Assembly (NCBI GenBank): GCA_044236265.1
Contig: JBIIGV010000011.1
Coordinates: 1 to 41,579 of the forward strand
DNA from: Oligoflexales bacterium
GTDB lineage: Bacteria > Bdellovibrionota_B > Oligoflexia > Oligoflexales > RGVZ01
Reading direction: 5' to 3'
Length of the DNA stretch: 41,579 nucleotides
Shown: in pieces, positions 37,481 through 41,579 of the stretch
Layout of the letters: the number at the start of each line of letters is the position of its first letter
Numbering within the stretch: position 1 is the stretch's first letter
Made by a program: the position numbers and the translations under genes
Notes under the pieces: generated by a model
What the model was told of the DNA's origin: nothing
Seen by the model: the letters and a program-made list of their open reading frames with translations, nothing else
Databases searched by the model: none

Positions 37481-38575
37481 ATGTATCGATGGACCGAACG
37501 TGATCACGACGATATGAAGATTCGTCCGATCGAATTCGCCGAAACAATTCCCGCCCGATGGTTTACCGACCCAGACATGAATCTCACTGACCGTGAGCTC
37601 GTTCTAGCCAAGACTTGGCAATACGTTGGCCATGAAAGCCAGCTTACAAAACCAGGTGACTACCTCGTAGATGAGATTATTGGCCGACCGATTCTCGTTG
37701 TCAGAAATCTTGAAAATGAAATTCTTTGTTTTTCGAATGTATGCAGACATCGCGGCGGCGCCTTGGCGACCAAGAATGGGTCGGCGCGTGCTTTAAGATG
37801 TGTTTACCATGCATGGACCTACAATCTAGATGGTGTCTTGGTCGGCGCACCAAAATTTGAGGGTGTGGAAAACTTTAACAAGCATGAGTGCACGCTTCCT
37901 CGTTATCGCATGGAATCCTATGAAGGATTTTTGTTTGTAAACTTTTCCGGTGATGCGCCGTCGCTAGCAGAGCATCTATCGGGTGTTAAAGAAACGATTC
38001 AGCCGATTAATCTGCGCGAGATGCGTTTTCATAAGCGTGTCGTTTATCAGGTCAAAGCGAATTGGAAGGTCTACATTGATAACTACATGGAGGGTTATCA
38101 CATCCTCCCTGTGCATCCGGGCTTGGCAAAAATTCTTGATGTTTCAGGTTACACTACGACCATCGAAAAAAATAAGGTCCTTCAGTACGGTCCACTTGCG
38201 GGTGAGGATAATCCCTATCATACGGGTGGAGCCGCCTACTATTATCAGGTGTTCCCCAATCTTATGCTGAACATCCTTCCTGGCCGGGTGCAGATGAATA
38301 GCATTCTGCCGATTGATGCCGATCATTGTTTGACCGTCTTTGATTTTTTCTTTGATGAAAAAGATCCTGCGAAGCTTGAATCCCGGGCCAAAGATGACCT
38401 CGACATTTCTGATGTTGTTCAGAAAGAGGATATTTGGATTTGCGAGCTAGTGCAGAAGGGTCTGAAGAGCGGAACCTACGATAAGGGACGTATTTGTGTT
38501 CAAGAAGAGCGCGGCGTATGGGCGTTTCATAATAATTTACGCGATGCATACAGACAAATTGCGTCCAGGCAATAA
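37481..38575 (+). CDS. Rieske non-heme iron oxygenase alpha subunit (choline monooxygenase-like)
   Basis: NVCRHRG, CVYHAW, NWK..DNYMEGYH..VH and EDIWICELVQKG. Confidence 0.92.
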   Translation: MYRWTERDHDDMKIRPIEFAETIPARWFTDPDMNLTDRELVLAKTWQYVGHESQLTKPGDYLVDEIIGRPILVVRNLENEILCFSNVCRHRGGALATKNGSARALRCVYHAWTYNLDGVLVGAPKFEGVENFNKHECTLPRYRMESYEGFLFVNFSGDAPSLAEHLSGVKETIQPINLREMRFHKRVVYQVKANWKVYIDNYMEGYHILPVHPGLAKILDVSGYTTTIEKNKVLQYGPLAGEDNPYHTGGAAYYYQVFPNLMLNILPGRVQMNSILPIDADHCLTVFDFFFDEKDPAKLESRAKDDLDISDVVQKEDIWICELVQKGLKSGTYDKGRICVQEERGVWAFHNNLRDAYRQIASRQ

Positions 38576-38593
38576 CAGCAGAAGAGTTCACTA

Positions 38594-39373
38594 TCAGCGG
38601 TTTTTGAACTGATGAAGATTTTGTTCGTGGGTGGCATTCATCCAAATGGATTCAAAAATATCATCAGCCCAAGTGTGATCGCCCGATGAACCTTCGCTCG
38701 AGTGACGCAGCATTTTCTTTTGGGCTGCCACTGCTAATGGCTCAAGTTGCAAAATTGGTAGAATACTCGCGCCGATTCCGTCCGAGTTTGCTGAATTGAT
38801 TAATCTGTGAATCAGTCCGAGCTGGTGCGCCTTTTCCGCGTCCATACTCTCGCAAAAATAAAGGAGTGACTGCGCTTTGGATTTGCCCAGCAGACTGACA
38901 AGGCGTGAAGATGCACCGTAGCCTGTCGCTAGACCAAGTTTCAGTTGTTTAAATTCAAATGAGCTGCGAACGGTTGCAAGTCGGATATCACCGGCCAGCG
39001 CCAGTTCAGCGCCTCCCCCGATCGCAGCACCATCTACCACCGAGAAGACGGGTAGGGGAAGAAACTCAAGTCCTTCGCAAAATTTCCGCATCATGGTTGC
39101 ATAGGCTCGACCTTCAGCCTTGCTGGGAAGCTCCGAAAGCTCCTTGAGATCGCCTCCGGCAATCCAAAAGCAGCGATCTCCCCTCGTCACTGTTTCAGCT
39201 GTTATGACAATGGCGCGAATCCCGGGCCTGGGATTTTTTCGAAAAAAATCCAGGGTGTCACAAAGTTCTCTGGCTAAGGTTGTGCCAAGGGCATTCATGC
39301 GCTCGGGGCGGCAGATGTGCCATTGCTGCCAACCATAGGCCTCGGTCGTGTGGTTTGTGATTAAGATTGTCAT
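38594..39373 (-). CDS. Enoyl-CoA hydratase/isomerase family protein
   Basis: RPERMNAL, AGGDLKE and VDGAAIGGGAELALAGDIR. Likely start ATG 39373. Confidence 0.88.
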   Translation of the reverse strand: MTILITNHTTEAYGWQQWHICRPERMNALGTTLARELCDTLDFFRKNPRPGIRAIVITAETVTRGDRCFWIAGGDLKELSELPSKAEGRAYATMMRKFCEGLEFLPLPVFSVVDGAAIGGGAELALAGDIRLATVRSSFEFKQLKLGLATGYGASSRLVSLLGKSKAQSLLYFCESMDAEKAHQLGLIHRLINSANSDGIGASILPILQLEPLAVAAQKKMLRHSSEGSSGDHTWADDIFESIWMNATHEQNLHQFKNR

Positions 39374-39526
39374 AAAATAAGTATTCCATATCATTGGAAA
39401 AATGGGAACCGTTGGGTGCTCGTAAGAGCCTATAAACACGGTTGCAAATCCATCGGATCCCAAGTAAAAACACGGCATCGGAATATTGAGTTATTTGCTC
39501 AGGTAAAATCAGGACAAGGAATCACT

Positions 39527-39847
39527 ATGACTAAGCCAGAAGTCGTCAGCAAAATAAAAGCAGATATTGAATCTACCCCTGTGCTTCTGTACATGAAGGG
39601 TACGAAGGATCAGCCGATGTGCGGATTTTCTGCACAGGTTTGTCACATTCTAAACAGTTACGGCGTTGATTATAAGACGGTCGACGTATTGTCGGACTGG
39701 GATATCCGCGAGGGAATTAAATCCGTGAACAACTGGCCGACGATTCCTCAGCTTTTTATCAAGGGTAAATTTGTGGGCGGATGCGATATCACGATGGAAC
39801 TTCACAAGAGCGGAGAGCTCAAGAAGCTTATTGAAACTGCAAAATAA
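39527..39847 (+). CDS. grxD: Monothiol glutaredoxin Grx4
   Basis: LYMKGT..PMCGFS, WPTIPQLF and GGCDI. SD AAGGA precedes ATG 39527. Confidence 0.95.
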   Translation: MTKPEVVSKIKADIESTPVLLYMKGTKDQPMCGFSAQVCHILNSYGVDYKTVDVLSDWDIREGIKSVNNWPTIPQLFIKGKFVGGCDITMELHKSGELKKLIETAK

Positions 39848-39931
39848 CCGGCAAAATCAACTAATTGTTGATTCATCGGGATAACTCGATAAACTTGACC
39901 CTCATCCATTCATCGGTGAGGGTTAATTTTT

Positions 39932-41083
39932 ATGCATTCTGATCTCAGAACGAAGACGATTGCTGTGCACGCAGGCACTGAGCCTGAGCCAAACACGGGC
40001 GCGATCATGACGCCGATTTTCTTGACGTCAACGTTTGTTCAAGAGGCGCCTGGCGTCCATAAAGGTTACGACTATTCCCGTGCCGATAATCCGACACGGC
40101 AAGCGCACGAAAAAGCGCTCGCACAGATTGAGCGCGGAGCAAAGTATGCGTTGGCGTACGCGAGTGGGTTGGCCGCTGAACAAGCTATTATTCAGCTTCT
40201 AAATCCTGGGGATCGTATTCTGGTGTGTGATGACGTCTACGGCGGAACTGGACGATTGTTTCGCCGCTTGTTTGCAAAATACAATTTGGACTTTCAGTTT
40301 ATTGATATGGCGAACATGGATGAGGTCAAGAAAGCAGCTACCGCGAATACAAAGCTCATTTGGGTTGAGTCTCCGACCAATCCTACGATGAAGGTTATTG
40401 ATATTCAGGCCATGAGTGCCGTAGCGAAGTCAGTGGGCGCAAAACTTGTTGTCGACAATACGTTTGCCTCGCCAGTATTTCAGTCTCCGCTTCTGATGGG
40501 CGCTGACATTGTGATGCATAGCTCCACAAAGTATATCGGTGGCCATTCGGATATGATTGGTGGCGCACTGATGATGACCGACAAGGCTTTGCATGAACAA
40601 CTTAAATTTGTTCAGTTTGCTGCAGGCGCAGTTCCCTCTCCTTTTGAAAGCTTCATGTTCCTGCGTAGCATCAAGACATTGGCGGTCCGTATGGAGCAAC
40701 ATGCGAAAAATGCGCAGGCGGTTGCTGAGTTTTTAGAAAAACATCCTAAGGCAAAGCGTGTCTATTTCCCCGGTCTTAAATCTCACCCCCAGCATGAGCT
40801 TGCAAAGAAGCAGATGTCAGGATTTTCAGGTATGGTGAGTTTTGATATGAATGGAACTTACGATGATGTCGTTAAATTCCTCAAAAAACTTAAAGTTTTT
40901 TGCTTGGCAGAAAGTCTTGGTGGCGTCGAGTCTTTAGTTAATCATCCAGAGAAAATGACTCATGCCAGCGTTCCAGAGGAGCTACGCAAAAAACTAGGCA
41001 TCGGTCCTACGTTGCTTCGACTGTCAGTAGGAATTGAGGACACGGCTGATTTGATCGCTGATCTTGATCAAGCGCTGTCTTGA
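39932..41083 (+). CDS. Cystathionine gamma-synthase/gamma-lyase family PLP enzyme
   Basis: YDYSRADNPT, DDVYGGT, ESPTNP, VVDNTFA, HSSTKYIGGHSD and AESLGGVESL. Confidence 0.93.
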   Translation: MHSDLRTKTIAVHAGTEPEPNTGAIMTPIFLTSTFVQEAPGVHKGYDYSRADNPTRQAHEKALAQIERGAKYALAYASGLAAEQAIIQLLNPGDRILVCDDVYGGTGRLFRRLFAKYNLDFQFIDMANMDEVKKAATANTKLIWVESPTNPTMKVIDIQAMSAVAKSVGAKLVVDNTFASPVFQSPLLMGADIVMHSSTKYIGGHSDMIGGALMMTDKALHEQLKFVQFAAGAVPSPFESFMFLRSIKTLAVRMEQHAKNAQAVAEFLEKHPKAKRVYFPGLKSHPQHELAKKQMSGFSGMVSFDMNGTYDDVVKFLKKLKVFCLAESLGGVESLVNHPEKMTHASVPEELRKKLGIGPTLLRLSVGIEDTADLIADLDQALS

Positions 41084-41091
41084 AGCCGTAA

Positions 41092-41579
<488 letters not shown>

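Overview
Bacterial chromosomal window with roughly 48-50% GC by eye. The many Cys-rich lipoproteins and exported hydrolases suggest a Bdellovibrionota/Oligoflexia-like organism, which is inference only. Most of it is housekeeping or metabolic: miaE, a stand-alone MnmC-type methyltransferase, guaD, dps, ndh, ychF, yajQ, the rpsU-dnaG-rpoD-tRNA(CAT) operon, grxD, a cystathionine gamma-synthase/lyase and a partial pip. It also carries one IS1202/ISNCY-type insertion sequence and several exported nucleases and proteases. The standout is a tightly coupled four-gene operon at about 10.7-17.5 kb: an unknown coiled-coil protein, a flagellar-stator-type MotA/PomA, a MotB with an OmpA domain, and a 1428-aa superfamily-1 (DNA2/NAM7/Upf1-like) helicase ending in a degenerate Vsr/REase-like domain. 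No other flagellar genes lie in the window. This pairing of an ion-driven motor with a nucleic-acid effector resembles Zorya in logic but matches no Zorya type I know, so it is the best candidate for an undescribed system. All calls come from motif reading; no database searches were run.
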